From assembly GCA_029953675.1 (NCBI GenBank), contig JAMWBK010000002.1, positions 2,914,001 through 2,978,000 of the forward strand: a DNA stretch of 64,000 nt, read 5' to 3'. Below are positions 24,362-36,794 of this stretch, in pieces. The position numbers and the translations under genes were made by a program. The DNA is from Rhodosorus marinus CCMP1338. Taxonomy: Eukaryota; Plantae; Rhodophyta. The notes under the pieces were generated by a model, which did no database searches, was not told where the DNA came from, and worked only from the letters and a program-made list of their open reading frames with translations. How positions within the stretch are numbered: the stretch's first letter is position 1; every line of letters starts with the position of its first letter.

Positions 24362-25208
24362 ATGTCACTTTTTCAACCAGTAGGGCAGGTTCGTATGACC
24401 AACGTTGCCGTCGTACGGCTGAAGCGGAAAGGCAAGCGGTTTGAGGTTGCTTGCTACAAGAACAAGGTTGTGTCATGGCGGTCTGGGAGTGAGAAGGATT
24501 TGGATGAGGTTCTACAGGTGGAGAATGTGTTCTCCAATGTATCAAAGGGAATAGTTGCGAACAAGAAGGATCTTGTGGCGGCTTTTGGGACGGAGGATGT
24601 TCAGAAGGTTATCCTTGTGATTTTAGAGAAGGGGGAGCTGCAGGTTTCGGAGAAAGAGAGACAGCATCATAGCGATAAAACATATCAGGAAATAGCGTCG
24701 ATCATCGCGGATAAATGTGTAGACCCAAAAACACAGAGGCCCTATCCTGTCACAATGATTGAGAGGGTTATGAGGGAAACGCTGCACTACACAGTGCTTC
24801 CCAATCGCTCTGCTAAACAGCAGGCGTTGGATGTTGTAAAGCAGCTCAAAGAGCACATGGAAATACAGCGGGCGCTTATGAGAATTAACTTGACGGCGCC
24901 AAGCAAGAGTGGTAAACAGTTGAAGGAAAGCATGAGCAGTCTCATCACTGAATACGAGAATGAGAACTTCTCCGGAAGGTTCTATGAGGCGGTAAGGCCC
25001 CAACTTGGGAAGGTCGAAACGTAACCCTGCCATGCACATCGACTAACGGGTTGTTTTTCATCCTTGTGCTTGCGTGAAGACTTTTCTCATAGATCCAGGC
25101 AGGTTTAGAGAAATTGATGAGCTTGTAAAACAGGCGACAAAGGGACAGGGCAGCATTGAAATCGTTAATATCGCAGTCATTCAAGAAGCTCAAGAGAGGT
25201 TGGAATAG
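24362..25208 (+). CDS. SBDS: Ribosome maturation protein SBDS/SDO1; exons 24362-24991, 25080-25208; about 252 aa
   Basis: Starts MSLFQPVGQVRMTNVAVVRLKRKGKRFEVACYKNKV. Also contains DPKTQRPYPVTMIE, SAKQQALDV and, in exon 2, LIDPGRFREIDEL. The intron has a GACTAAC branch point. Confidence 0.95.
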
Positions 25209-25507
25209 CACCGGGCGCCAGCGCAAATGACTGTGTTGGGCTTTTGTGCGATTCAGTCCATGTCCAGCTGCGATGAGCTTCGGAATGTTCAAGTTCGCTC
25301 ATGAGAACTTCCTGGTAGACTGAAGGTTGATAAGGTGTGTTTGGTTCGTTATAAGCTCACTGCGGATGAGCAGTGCCATGTTGTGCCCTTTTTTTTTTGC
25401 TGCACAGAAGTCTGAGTTTGTGACATATACGGCGGAACAAATCTCGCGCTCCACACCTACTTTGAGGTCCTATACATCGAATGCTCCAGCTCCTTTTCGC
25501 CGGTTTC

Positions 25508-26617
25508 CTATTTCGCGGTGGCTGGATTGAACCAATCGCGGGGAAATATAATGGCGAGGCAAGCTTCGCGACCGTCCTCGCAGAGAATATTGTATGTGCT
25601 TGCAGCATTCTCCTATTATAGCGGTATTTGGTGAAGAATATCATTCGCTTAGGTTGGTAAGCTAATATAAAGAGGATGCTTTTGCTCGAATAAGCAGAAC
25701 TTACGATGTTCATCACCTCCCATCCGACGCCTAGTGACTTCAAATATCTCATGGTCTCCGTCGGCAACAGCTTGTTTACTTCCTCTGAACCAACAATCAG
25801 CAGGCCTGGAATCAATGGACGGAATCTGTTTCAGTTTGATTCAGATCCCTCTCTGGATCTCCGAAAAATTCGTGTCACCAAACCTACTTGGTCTTGGATA
25901 GTACAGCTCAAACGCAGCTAGTGACTTTGGCCAAACCTCCGCCAAGCTCTTCACGTGCCAGATGTAGCATTGATAAGGGAAAAGGAAAACCTAGGCCGCG
26001 AAGAAGAAGTTCAGAGGGGATCGATACCCTAATGACCTAGAAGGTCACACATCAGGTGGCTTCGCAGGTAACAGCTTACGGATTGACGGAACAGCATGTT
26101 ATCGATCTCGACACTCTTTTCACTATGACCTAGGAGAGTTCAAAGTAGGTATGAGGAGATCTAGGGATGGGAGAAGCACGTTGAAGCTTTCTAAGCTACC
26201 TGTTACCAGACGTCTTCCACCCAGACCGTTTCGCTCATCTACTTCGCGCTGCAGTAAGTTCATGTAGTTGTTCGACCCGTAGATTTCTTCCTCGTTAAGC
26301 TCATTGGTATATTCTCCTCTACGCCTTAGCTTCCCAGCCTTTTCCAAGAAATCAAGATGGTACTTGTTGCGCTTCGCACGATGCTCAATTCTCGCTCTTG
26401 GAGAAGCCCAGGGTTTCTCCTTTGTAATCTTGGCGCCAGTTCCAGGCTCGTATTGGGTATTGTCAGGCATTTCACCTTCTTCCCTGCTTGATCCTTCTGG
26501 ATTATCATCCTTTTTGCTATCCCTGGCCCATGTCGGCCCAGCTTGACCGAGCACGACCCTCGTGCGACATAGCCCTCTCCTCGCGAGACGACTCCTGGCT
26601 GACATCTGCATAAGCAT
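25508..26617 (-). CDS. NDUFAF3: NDUFAF3/Mth938-like complex I assembly factor; exons 26617-26200, 26129-26080, 25990-25888, 25805-25705, 25612-25508; about 258 aa
   Basis: The spliced C-terminal half reads VFLFPYQCYIWHV...PRPSLLIVGS...YLKSLGVGWEVMNIENAASTYNILCEDGR, matching the Mth938-like fold pattern. The N-terminus is presequence-like. Confidence 0.82.
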
Positions 26618-27048
26618 CTTCCACAGAAGCAATGAAGGACTCTAGTCAGTCCCTCAAACGCAAAGAAAACTCAACATCAATATGCGTTTTATGAAGGCCC
26701 CAAACACAAGCTAAAGCTGCCAAAGTGCAGAGCGGACCTTATCATCTTCCTCGGCTAGAGAGATCGTTTAGGATAATTAAAGCGCTCTGGGTAGAATTGC
26801 GGAGGATACTATTCGAAAGGTTGGGCTTGACAAAGTGGTGATCTGCATAACAGATATCCGCAATATAATATCACCCATGGGCGCGGTTTCCTGCCTTCAC
26901 GCATATATTCCTCGGACTTTTATATACCGCACCTCAGAAATTCTTGTTTATTCTCGTCTTGAAAATGGACGGTGACGTGCGTTGTTCCGCATTCAAGCTT
27001 GGCGTGTTAACACGAACGAGTGAGAAGTGCGTCTGAATCGTTTTTCAT

Positions 27049-30000
27049 CTAACGCAATCCTGTCTTTGACTCAGACAATCTCGCTTCTTCCGACGCTGGA
27101 AAACGGGATGACAAATTCAGGCATACTGACTGAGATGCAAATGAACGATCCCGGTAGATTCCTACAAGGACATCTGCACGCTTGAAAAAGGAGTCCTAGA
27201 ACAAATACAAAGTCGGCGGGACATGAGTTCATTCACGTCGGATTTGCTTGATTGCGGAAAGGGCTGCGCACCTTGAGGCTGATGACGATGAGTTGCGTAT
27301 CAGCGCTTCGTGAGCGAAGGAAAGAGGACATATTCTGTACGTTCCGGTTGTCCAATGCCGCGTCGGCTTCGTCCATGATCAAAAATGGTGTTGGTGAGTA
27401 CTCATTAATAGCGAAGAGAAGGGCTAGTGCTGCCATTGTCCTCTCGCCTCCGCTTAGTTGGTCCATGTCCCTGAACCTCTTGGAAGGTGGCATAGCGCTG
27501 TATTTGATACCCTTAAGGAACGGAGAATCTGGTGACTCCAACGATAGGTAAGCCGTTCCACCGTTTGGGAATGCGGCAGTGCTCGTAAGCTCCTTATATA
27601 GATCGGACGTCTTTCGTGCCACACTCCGGAAACAAGTATTGAAGAGCTCTTCTCTCCTCCTTCTCACGCTTTCAAATGTTCTAGTCGCTTGTACAGAGAT
27701 TTTTCTCGCTTCTAGTAGTTCCTGCATAGGATCAAGAGAGCGCCCAAGACATTTGTAAGATTTTTCTTCTACGTTGCAGATTTACCGTGCACCCGATCGT
27801 TAACAGACGTTGTTAGTTGCCTCAATTCGTCTGTTGAGGTCTTGCATCCGCTCCATGGCGCGCAAGTTCGGTTCAATTGCGTTGATTCTGGTTTCTAGAT
27901 CCAGTGACCTCTTCTGCTGCTCCTCTTCCCATGCAGCCCTTTCCTCAATTCCGGTTATGGCCTTCTCTTTGCGAGAGAGAGAGCTAAAATCTACTGCGCC
28001 TGGGGAGATTTCGTCCACGCCGGGTGCTCCGCCCTGATGTGCTCCAGTTTGCAGTTCTCCGCTCAACGCGCGCACAGCCTCCTCGTGCTTGGATATCAAA
28101 GCGCTGCAGTCTTGTTTTACGGACTTGAGCTTCTTCTTGACTGCTGACAGTTCGTCAGACGCGTTTCTCACTTCCCTTTTCGTTTCTTTTTGCTGCTCCT
28201 CAGCTTGTCTGATCTTCGCCTTCCACGTTAGGTATTCTTCCTCGAGTTTTGCTGTTCCAGACCTTCCCTGCTGCATCTCGTCTTCCAGAGATACTGCTGA
28301 TTCCTGGTGGTCTTTCAAACTCTGAAGAAGCTTTCCATGCTCTGATTCGATTTCTGCAAGTCGCTCGTGGAGCCCACGAGTTCGTTCGTATTCCACCTGC
28401 GCTGTCAGACGATCCCGCTGTCTCTGGAGACCTTGGATTCGGCTGGACATGTTTTTTTCCTTGTCGATAACTTCCTCGTCGAATGCTTGGAGGCTGTCGA
28501 AATTCCTCGATTGTAGAAAGTCCCCCATGACAGCCTCGCGAACTGCGCGCAACTCCTCCTCAAGCCGTGCGGAGTCCGCTGATAGCTGTTTCAAGTACTC
28601 CTCGCCCTCAGCAAGGCTATGCCTTGTCCTTGGTACTCCTCTTTCAACATTTGAGCGAACCCTCTCTCTGTCGTCGATGAGTGCAGATATGCGGGCAATC
28701 TCGATGCCAAGAGAGTCGGAGTTCGCCTTCGACCCATCCAGGCGATTTCGAAGCTTGATGAGGTCTTCCCCTTCAAGAGATCGGTAATCTTGCTCAAGCT
28801 GGTACATCCTGTTAAGAGAAACTTTCAAGAGCTCTTCATGCGCTCGGCATTTCTCCTCGTCACTTGCTGAGTGCGATTTGTGATTTGCTGAACTTGTTCC
28901 ACCGGTAATGAAGCCCTTTTTGTTTATCACAGTTCCGTCGTGCGTGCAAACTTTGGCGTGAACAGGATTTCTTCCAAAGCGGAGTGCTCTTGCCTCTGAA
29001 AGCGTTTCGCAAACGAGTGCTGAGCCCGCTGCATAAAACACTGCCGGCCGGACGCTTTCGTCGTCAACGGCGATTACATCGCGCAGTAGAGCCACCGAAC
29101 CCCCCAACCGCCTGAATTGATCCGGAATGGTCTCAAACCTCAGGGAATTGAGCGGTAGAAATGTTAAGGTGCCGATGCGTTGCTCCCGGAGATATGCTAT
29201 GCATTCAGTGGCCGTTTTATCCGTGTCCACTATGCATGCGTTCAGGAGGGAGCCCAAGAGCACCTAGTTTGTCACGCATCGAGCTTTCAGGCAAGTCTCA
29301 TGGATAGGCAGATGTTTCGCTTCTGTTTGGTGAACTTACCCTCACAGGCACAGCATACTTCTGATTCACTGGTCTGCAAAGTTCCCCAAGGGTTCCCTTC
29401 ACTCCTTTGTAAAGCCTCTTCAAAGTTCTTAGACCATGAACCATCGTGTTTCTCTTGTTGGATTCTTCCATTTGATACTTGTTGATATGGATTTCGGAAC
29501 TAAGGTTTTCGCACTTGGTATGTAGTTCTGCTCTCTGCCTCTTGTTTTCCATTGCAGCGCTCTCTCGGCTAATGAGATCTGCCTCCAAGCTCCTCACCAG
29601 CTCCTTCGCGGTTTTTAGCTTGGCCAAAGTCGCTTGCTTTCTGTTGTGCAGCTCTTCAAGATCCGCTGTAATTTTTGCTCCACATTCTTCGTCTTCGGCT
29701 ATGGTGCTCTGAAGAATGCTCAGTCTCTGCTTGCGAACGCCCGCCTTCCTGATCATCGAGTTGAGCTCTGCTTGGACGACGCAATTCCGAGTCTTGCACA
29801 ACTCTTGCAATCGACGATATTCGTCCAAATCCGCGTGGCTGATCCTTCGGACGGAGTGTTCATCGGAGCACCGTTTGGCTTGAGTAAGAGAATCCTCCGT
29901 ATCCGAGAGCATTGTCTCAAGCTTCCTTATCGTATCAATTTGCTCGTCGAGTTGTTGACGAGCCTGGTGGAGGCGGAGCCCGTCTATCTTGCTGCTAAGC

Positions 30001-30996
30001 TTTGCAATCTCGGCGTTGGTCTCAACAGCACGAATGTTAAGTCTGTCCTGCTCTTTTTTAGATCTTCGGATTCTTTGCTCACACTTTGATTCCTCTATTC
30101 TATGGGAAGAAAGTTCTCTTCTGTAAGCGCTCAGTTGGTCCAGTTGTGCTTTGTGCATCTCTTCCGCGGACTCGACTTCTCGCTCTACGCTCTTGACTAT
30201 CTCCCGTTTGCAATTGAATTCTTCTTCCATATGAAAAATTTTGAAAAGGCGGCGCCTATTGTCGCATTCTTCTAGTTGCTCCTGTGTTTGTATGAAGGCT
30301 TCTGCCTCTTCCTTCTGCTGCCTCAGGGCTTTCTTGGCATTGTTCAGACTTTTCTTCTTTTGAAAGATGAACGTCACCTCTGCTTCGTATTTTTCCATTT
30401 TCGAAACCGCCTTATTGTACTCCTTTTTCAGTGCTTCCGAGCCAGAAACCTCCTCAAAAAGCTCAGACAGAGCTTTAGGTGTCTTCGAGGCCAATCGCTC
30501 AACCTGCCGTGCCGTAGTGCGTTCGATAAGGAATTGTACGCTGGAACGGTATCCGGGTACGTCTTACCTCATTCTGAAAAATCATGAAGTTTTTTATGTG
30601 CCCATGCATTCCGGCTTCTCGCAGAGCAGCTTGGTACGCTTCAAAATTAACGATCTCGCCGTCTACGCAGTCCTCTACTAAACCAGAAGGGCTGAGTATC
30701 CGCCTTTCGAATTCTTTTGTTTCGAAATCGTCAGTACTATAGACCAGGGTTACACAAGCCCTCGTTTCACCGACAATATCTGATACACTATCTGGTCGAT
30801 GAATTAAGTCAATCATCTTGCCTCCCCTCAGCTTCTGCGATGCTGCGCCCAGAACGAAACAAATAGCATCCATGACGTTGCTCTTCCCCGCTCCATTCTG
30901 ACCAATAACACAGGTATAGTCCGCAAACGGACCTATAGCTATGTGACTTCCAAATGATTTGAAGTTTTCAAGCTCCAATCTGATGATTCTACCCAT
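27049..30996 (-). CDS. SMC1: Cohesin subunit SMC1; exons 30996-30568, 30503-29340, 29263-27809, 27721-27272, 27195-27049; about 1214 aa
   Basis: N-terminal RLELENFKSF with Walker A GQNGAGKSN; hinge LTFLPLNSL; C-terminal KYSAMPPSKRFRDMDQLSGGERT and Walker B FLIMDEADAALD; long coiled coils between. Confidence 0.95.
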
Positions 30997-31778
30997 ATTC
31001 GATTTCGAGAACCACAAATCACACCTTGGGGGAAAGCCCTCCTACCTACTACCACTCCTCATCGCACGGATGGTATCAGAACATTTCTCACCCATCGTTC
31101 TTATAGGTGAAGAAAACATCATCCCACTCAAGGAGCCCAAAAAAATCTTCCTCACATTTCCCGCCTTCAAGAACACATATCTTACCCCAGAGATTTTACA
31201 GGAACCATAATCCATGCCACCCGTCACAACGACTCTCCAACCTTTTCTAAACATTTTTTCCTGGCCAAGCCCCAGTCCCCTCGGCATGGCCGATGTTCAT
31301 CCGATCAATGGTCGATTTTATTTCAATAAGACAACATCCTGGATATTTCGGATCGACTTAGGATACGGGTTTAAAACTATCGTTATACAATTCCAATCAA
31401 TTTTCTACGACCGTTGGTGGCTGACACTAAACTGTGTTCCTTTGACTGATGGAATCAAAAGCAACCCAATAAAATGTAATTGTAAATTAAATTACTTCTT
31501 TTGCTTCACATTATTATTATTATTTAATATAATATTGATTGCTGTTCCGTTGCTGGGGTTGCGAAGGATTTATGACGATTGACGTTCCTCGGCTTCTTTC
31601 AGGGAGGTGCGCTGCAAAGCTTTGGAGAGAAGTCATGGATTGACGAAGCAACTTTCCATAAGCGATCCTTTCTATGTTCTTTCATTACTGGAATCATTTC
31701 TATTGATCTCGTTTCTCCTTTTTTTTGATTTTCCGTTTGAAGACGGTGATGGTGTGTCAAAGAGACTAACGAGATAGA

Positions 31779-32992
31779 ATGGAGGTTGGACAGAAAGTCA
31801 GGGTCACGAGCGTGGCTAGGGACATGCTTGGGATGGCTATCGTTGTGGATTTTTCGTGGGTTAAGGAGATCTCGATGAGCGGCTGCTTCTTTTGCTACGG
31901 TGCGGAAAGCATCCAGAGCGTGGGGAAGGAATTCGATGCGGTCTAGGACAGGCAATGGGCTAAACGGACTGTGCTTTCGTAGGTGTTTGCAAAGTTTTGT
32001 CGGATATTTGTCAAGTGATACGTCTTCACAATAGTCCAAGGAATAGGATGAGAGTTATAGCTCTGTTCCACATGCCTGAGACAGAACCTGTCGGGGTTGA
32101 GGTATCTACACTACAATTTGCTGCTTGGCTTCCGCTTGACCTGCCCCCCAACTGAAACCCAGCTGGATGTAGATATGTTCATCACTCAAATCCTTCAAGA
32201 AAGTTCAAATCGCAGCTTCGGAAAATCTTCTTTCTAAGCTGATGAGCCTGAGGTCTCCCATGCGCGTTGACCTAGGATCGTTCCCGAGGCTTGCTACCTT
32301 TCCCATGTCGTCCTTGAAAACAAAAACAAGACACTATCGTCTTATGTTGTACAGTTTCGAGCACTCGAACGCAGAGCAGTCGGTTGTGAAATACTTTCCT
32401 CGGATTCTCGACGAAAGGGCTACCTCTTCCTGGTTCGTTATTCGAGGCAATGGGAGCCTTCTTTCCAAGCTGGACACGCGAAGGTCCGCGATTGTAGTGG
32501 ACGATCACATCATGGCAATCTGGAGTTCGATGTTCCAACACGTAGCGGAATGGCTTCAGCAACCGGCAAAGATTTTCGAAGGGCTTGCTGAGGATGGATC
32601 AGGAGGAGGTTCCGTCTTCCTCCGACCAGTACTTCGGTATGGACAAGGAAGAGTCTTCAAAAGCATTGACGCAGTAAGTACCGAATATACGTTTTTCATC
32701 CCTACTAGGGCGAGACTAAGCGATGTTGGAATCATATGGGCAGGAGTTTATCATGTTGCGGCTGCTACATGACGACGTGTACGCGACTCCGCAAACAACG
32801 GGGACGGTGCGAAATCCCATGATTGAACTTGTCGCCCCAGACCAATTGTCGCAGTCACGCTTTTCCCAGCTGTTGGCGGATCGGACCGAAATCACTCTGA
32901 AAACCGCTCGGTTCAAGTTGAGAGGAAGGAGTGTTAATGGGCGCCTGGTTTTCGCGCTGGACCAGGCGAACGAGGATATAATAGAAGGGTAG
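31779..32992 (+). CDS. Hypothetical protein; proposed exons 31779-31899, 31983-32101, 32173-32673, 32744-32992; about 329 aa; start uncertain
   Basis: Three 70-83 nt GT-AG introns with branch-like motifs give a stop-free frame. No domain was recognised. Confidence 0.5.
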
Positions 32993-33190
32993 ATCAATTG
33001 TTAAAACTGTTCGTCGATTGCGTTGGTTGCCGGCAGAAGGAGTTCTCTATTCGAAGCTTGGGAGAAACATTCGAAGTCGTAGGCGGTAATATTGTTGACT
33101 TGAATGTTTGCCTGTGTTAGACCAAGACTAACTGCGTTCTCAGTATCATCATCGATTGTATCGAATCGACCGAGAAAATCCGTCTGCGGA

Positions 33191-33778
33191 ATGAGTGTGG
33201 ATTCGGCACGGGCGGAGAAAAACGTGATAACCTTCGTAACAGGAAATGCGAAGAAGTTGGAGGAATTTCGCGCCATAATCGGAGATGAAGTTAAAGTGAC
33301 TTTCGTTTCCAAGAAAGTAGATCTACCTGAGCTTCAAGGAGAACCCGAGGATATTGCCAAGGAAAAATGTCGGCTGGCAGCGCAGGACATACAGGGACCA
33401 GTTATTACGGAGGACACCTGCCTCTGCTATAACGCTCTTAAAGGTCTCCCAGGCCCGTACATCAAGTGGTTTCTCGAGAAGCTCGGACACGACGGATTGA
33501 ACAGGATTTTGGACGGTTTTGAGGACAAATCCGCTTACGCGCTGTGCACTTTCGCCTTCTGCAGCTCTCCTGAGCAAGAACCGATCATATTCGCAGGCAA
33601 AACTGATGGGAAGATTGTTCCGGCGAGAGGGCCGACAGACTTCGGATGGGATCCCGTCTTCGAGCCGGATGGCTACTCGACGACATATGCGGAGATGGAC
33701 AAAAACGTGAAGAATTCAATTTCACACCGATACCGAGCTCTATCGAAGCTCAAGGACTATCTCCTTAGCACCTACTAG
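33191..33778 (+). CDS. ITPA: Inosine triphosphate pyrophosphatase (HAM1/ITPase); single exon, 195 aa
   Basis: Contains [42 protein letters not shown] and [11 protein letters not shown]. Confidence 0.97.
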   Translation: MSVDSARAEKNVITFVTGNAKKLEEFRAIIGDEVKVTFVSKKVDLPELQGEPEDIAKEKCRLAAQDIQGPVITEDTCLCYNALKGLPGPYIKWFLEKLGHDGLNRILDGFEDKSAYALCTFAFCSSPEQEPIIFAGKTDGKIVPARGPTDFGWDPVFEPDGYSTTYAEMDKNVKNSISHRYRALSKLKDYLLSTY

Positions 33779-34110
33779 AGATTCGGTTTTGAAAGAGATC
33801 CCCGTTAACAAAACCTGACCACTGCGAGTTGGCCCCCGAACAAAACGTCAACATCGGATGTCGAAGCCAAGATTTGAATGCGTAGTCGCATAAAAGCCAG
33901 GCAGCGCCAAATACAAGTCCAGGACATCTGATTCGGAAGATCCGTTCAAGGTTGTGAGATCCGAGTTCTGCATCAGCTACTAGGGATAAAAACAAGAGTT
34001 TCTCAACCGCATGCCGAAGTCCCAGCTCTTGCGTCAGTATTGTCTATCTCCCCAGGGATATCGATGATTACCTCCAGAGTCCCGAGTCCAGACGTAGAAT
34101 GTGAGATCAG

Positions 34111-34735
34111 ATGGAGGACGCGTCTATTCCTCTGCCGCTTTTGAGGGCGAACGCTTGGAGGGTAGTCAGGAAGAATATGCTTTCAAAGGAGCTGTAGTGG
34201 TACCCCGGCGGAGGTCGGGGCTGGTAATTTTCTTATGAAAACTGACCGGGGGGGTTACCTCTTGGGTTTGATAGTTGGAGCACTGACTAGTTTTGTCCTT
34301 TGTACTCTGTTCGGATGCGTCCTGTATAAGAATTCTTTCCGCAAGTGAGTTTTGTAAGATGAGCATGGGAAATGGCATTCTCTGAGAGTATCCTGACCGT
34401 GGAGTCCTTTTTATTTGTTTGCGCCGATTTGCAGGACTTATGCGGACGTTCGGATCGACGTTGAGAGCATGGGTCTGTGGCCTTTACCGGAACTTCCGCT
34501 GTGGGAACCCGGGAGGTTTGAATGGGAGTTTCTCCCAAGCGCAATCATAGGACAGCAGGAAAATTTTAATTTTGGAATCGGCCCCGGAACTTCATGCCCA
34601 CGAGAAGAGGCTAATAGCTTGTTGAAAGGCTTCTGTCCCAAAGCTAGGGACTTGGACGTCCCTGCACCAAAAAAACCGTCCTCCAATCCTCAACAGAAGT
34701 CTATTAAGGTATCTGTCCATAGGCTGATTGATTAA
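34111..34735 (+). CDS. Possible hypothetical spliced gene (exons about 34111-34161, 34331-34344, 34435-34708 and onward)
   Basis: A protein-like Trp/Pro-rich exon (MGLWPLPELPLWEPGRFEWEFLP) has phase-compatible splice sites. Both ends are uncertain. Confidence 0.3.
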
Positions 34736-34912
34736 TCGCGTCTTGAATCGGCCGCTTTCAATCTCTACGCTTTAAATGCTGAGCAAAGCTAACTCGCCGA
34801 AACCGTTCGTCTAAGAGAAGTGGCATTTTAACAATTGAATAAGAATGGAGTACAACAATTGGAGATCCTGACGGAGGAGAAATCATCACAAAAGAACTCC
34901 TTGGTGCTCCCA

Positions 34913-35426
34913 TCACTCGGCGTATGGCCTATCCCGAATGAGCACTCCATCGTAGAATGTGCGCTTCTTCTCCTCGGGCATCTCCACTTCAAGGGTTCCG
35001 TACATGGTACTACACTTTCTTTCGTAACCCAGATTTTCATATATATTCGGTTTCACGAGCGCTTGTGTATCCATCTTATTCATCTCCCATCTCTTCGCAA
35101 GCCGTTCATACTAACCGCGATGGAAAACAAACGACGCATAAGTCAGTCCCTATGACGCAAGCGCAGGGGTAAAGCCAGGGCCTGGACTATAAAGAATATT
35201 CACAACTCCCGTTCGCAAGGTATTCCAACAATTCAATGTGGAATCGCCGAGGGGCAGAAAGTGCTACAACTAGTGAAAGTCGATAAGTACTTACCCCAGC
35301 GTTTTGCTTATCCACTAAACGTGCCTCAAGCCACTCCGACTCAAGTAGAGTGAAATATGCGGCAAATCCACCAAACACGGACACAGTGGAAAGACTACGC
35401 CTAAACAATGATGAGGGCGTCGCCAT
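34913..35426 (-). CDS. Small single-TM hypothetical protein, possibly mitochondrial; exons 35426-35295, 35110-34913; 109 aa
   Basis: MATPSSLFRRSLSTVSVFGGFAAYFTLL is followed by a GTAAGT donor, a CTGAC branch point and a TAG acceptor, then an open second exon YERLAKRWEMNK...RPYAE*. Confidence 0.55.
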
Positions 35427-36155
35427 CTCTTCTAAAGAAACCAAGAGACCACGCCTACGCCCCCTGGCTGCTCCAAAATAACCTCCAAAACCAAATAACC
35501 GCGAACACAATAGGAGCACAGGTTTACCTTTTCCAACTCAAACCAATCCGTTCACCAAAATCCTTTCCCCGTCGAGCTAGCCCACACGCCCCCCTCCTTG
35601 CTTACTACCCTGCACCCTCCAATAACCACTCGTCCCGTTTCACGCACACAACTCCATCAAACCAGCCACGCAAAAACGTCAAACATCCACGTTGGACAAC
35701 TTCCTCCCCTTTTTGGGGGTACCAGAAATCCTTATTAATCCATAAAACTTCTTAATTTGGCTTCATCTAACAACAAATCTCCTTTTAAGAAATAATTACT
35801 CCTCAATAAGACGAATAGACTTCTATTTCAAAGAATTCAACGGACCAAACTGAAAAAAAAAAATCCCCACCCCCCCCCCCCAAAAAACTCTTCTGAGCAG
35901 CTAAGAATCTCCAACAGAATCGGAGGTGTTTTCAGGAATATTATATATTTTTGGTTATTGTAATGTTTTTAAGTTAATTTGAAGAATTCCCTCCTGAAGT
36001 GCGAAAAACAGGTTTTTTATATTGAATAAAAACTAAAAATAGTTTTGGGCTCGTAATTATTAGAATTATACTTATTTTATTTTTATAATATAGGTTTTTT
36101 TATCGGAAGTGAGGATCTCTTTGAAGATTTGGTGGTCTTGGGGGTTTTTGACGAC

Positions 36156-36220
36156 AGCCAAGCAGTGCTCTGGCTCTTCAGCGGTGCTCTGGCTCTTCAG
36201 CGCCAGAGCACTGCTTGGCT
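36156..36220. repeat. Perfect 19-bp inverted repeat with a 27-nt spacer and an internal 19-bp tandem duplication
   Basis: agccaagcagtgctctggc (36156-36174) pairs with gccagagcactgcttggct (36202-36220). gtgctctggctcttcagcg occurs at 36165 and 36184. Confidence 0.9.
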
Positions 36221-36794
36221 TTGGTCCAAATCTGACTTACTAGAGCACCTTGAAGCTCCAGTACCCAGTTGTTTTATGTATCCGAAAGCTACTGAGCTCC
36301 GCTTGGGGCATCATTTGATGTTCTGCCCGAATCCTTTTTTGCTGTGCAAACGGATGGGAGTGGGGTGAGTTTTGCGCGATATGTCAAGCTTCTCTACACT
36401 CTGCGCACTACTACCATAGAAGATAAGTCACTGGAAACGGACTACCCAGGAACAATGTGACTTTGATCAGGTGAAGGTTGCGATCGGCGAAGCGGCGGTG
36501 TTCTCGATAGGCGACCCCCAACTTGGCTCCCCGAGAAATTGGGTAGCGCAGCATACTTTGGTCAGCTTGTTGAACGCTTGTCCATCAAGATTCTTCGTCC
36601 ACTTGCGAGCTGCTCCGACGATGGCGTGGATTTCATAAGCACCTTAAGGTTTGGTTCATGATGTCCCGGGTCACTGTCCTCGCCTCGCAGGTTACGCCTC
36701 TGGCAGTATAGATCTTCGAGTTCATACTGGTTATCCCCGTCTAATTTTCCTTCGCAGTACACACCAACTGTGACATCGCTTGCTTGGTCTGCAG

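Noticed and set aside
31599-32039. 146-aa His-rich minus-strand ORF
   Set aside because: It is antisense to the better-supported spliced plus-strand model and has no promoter-like region of its own.
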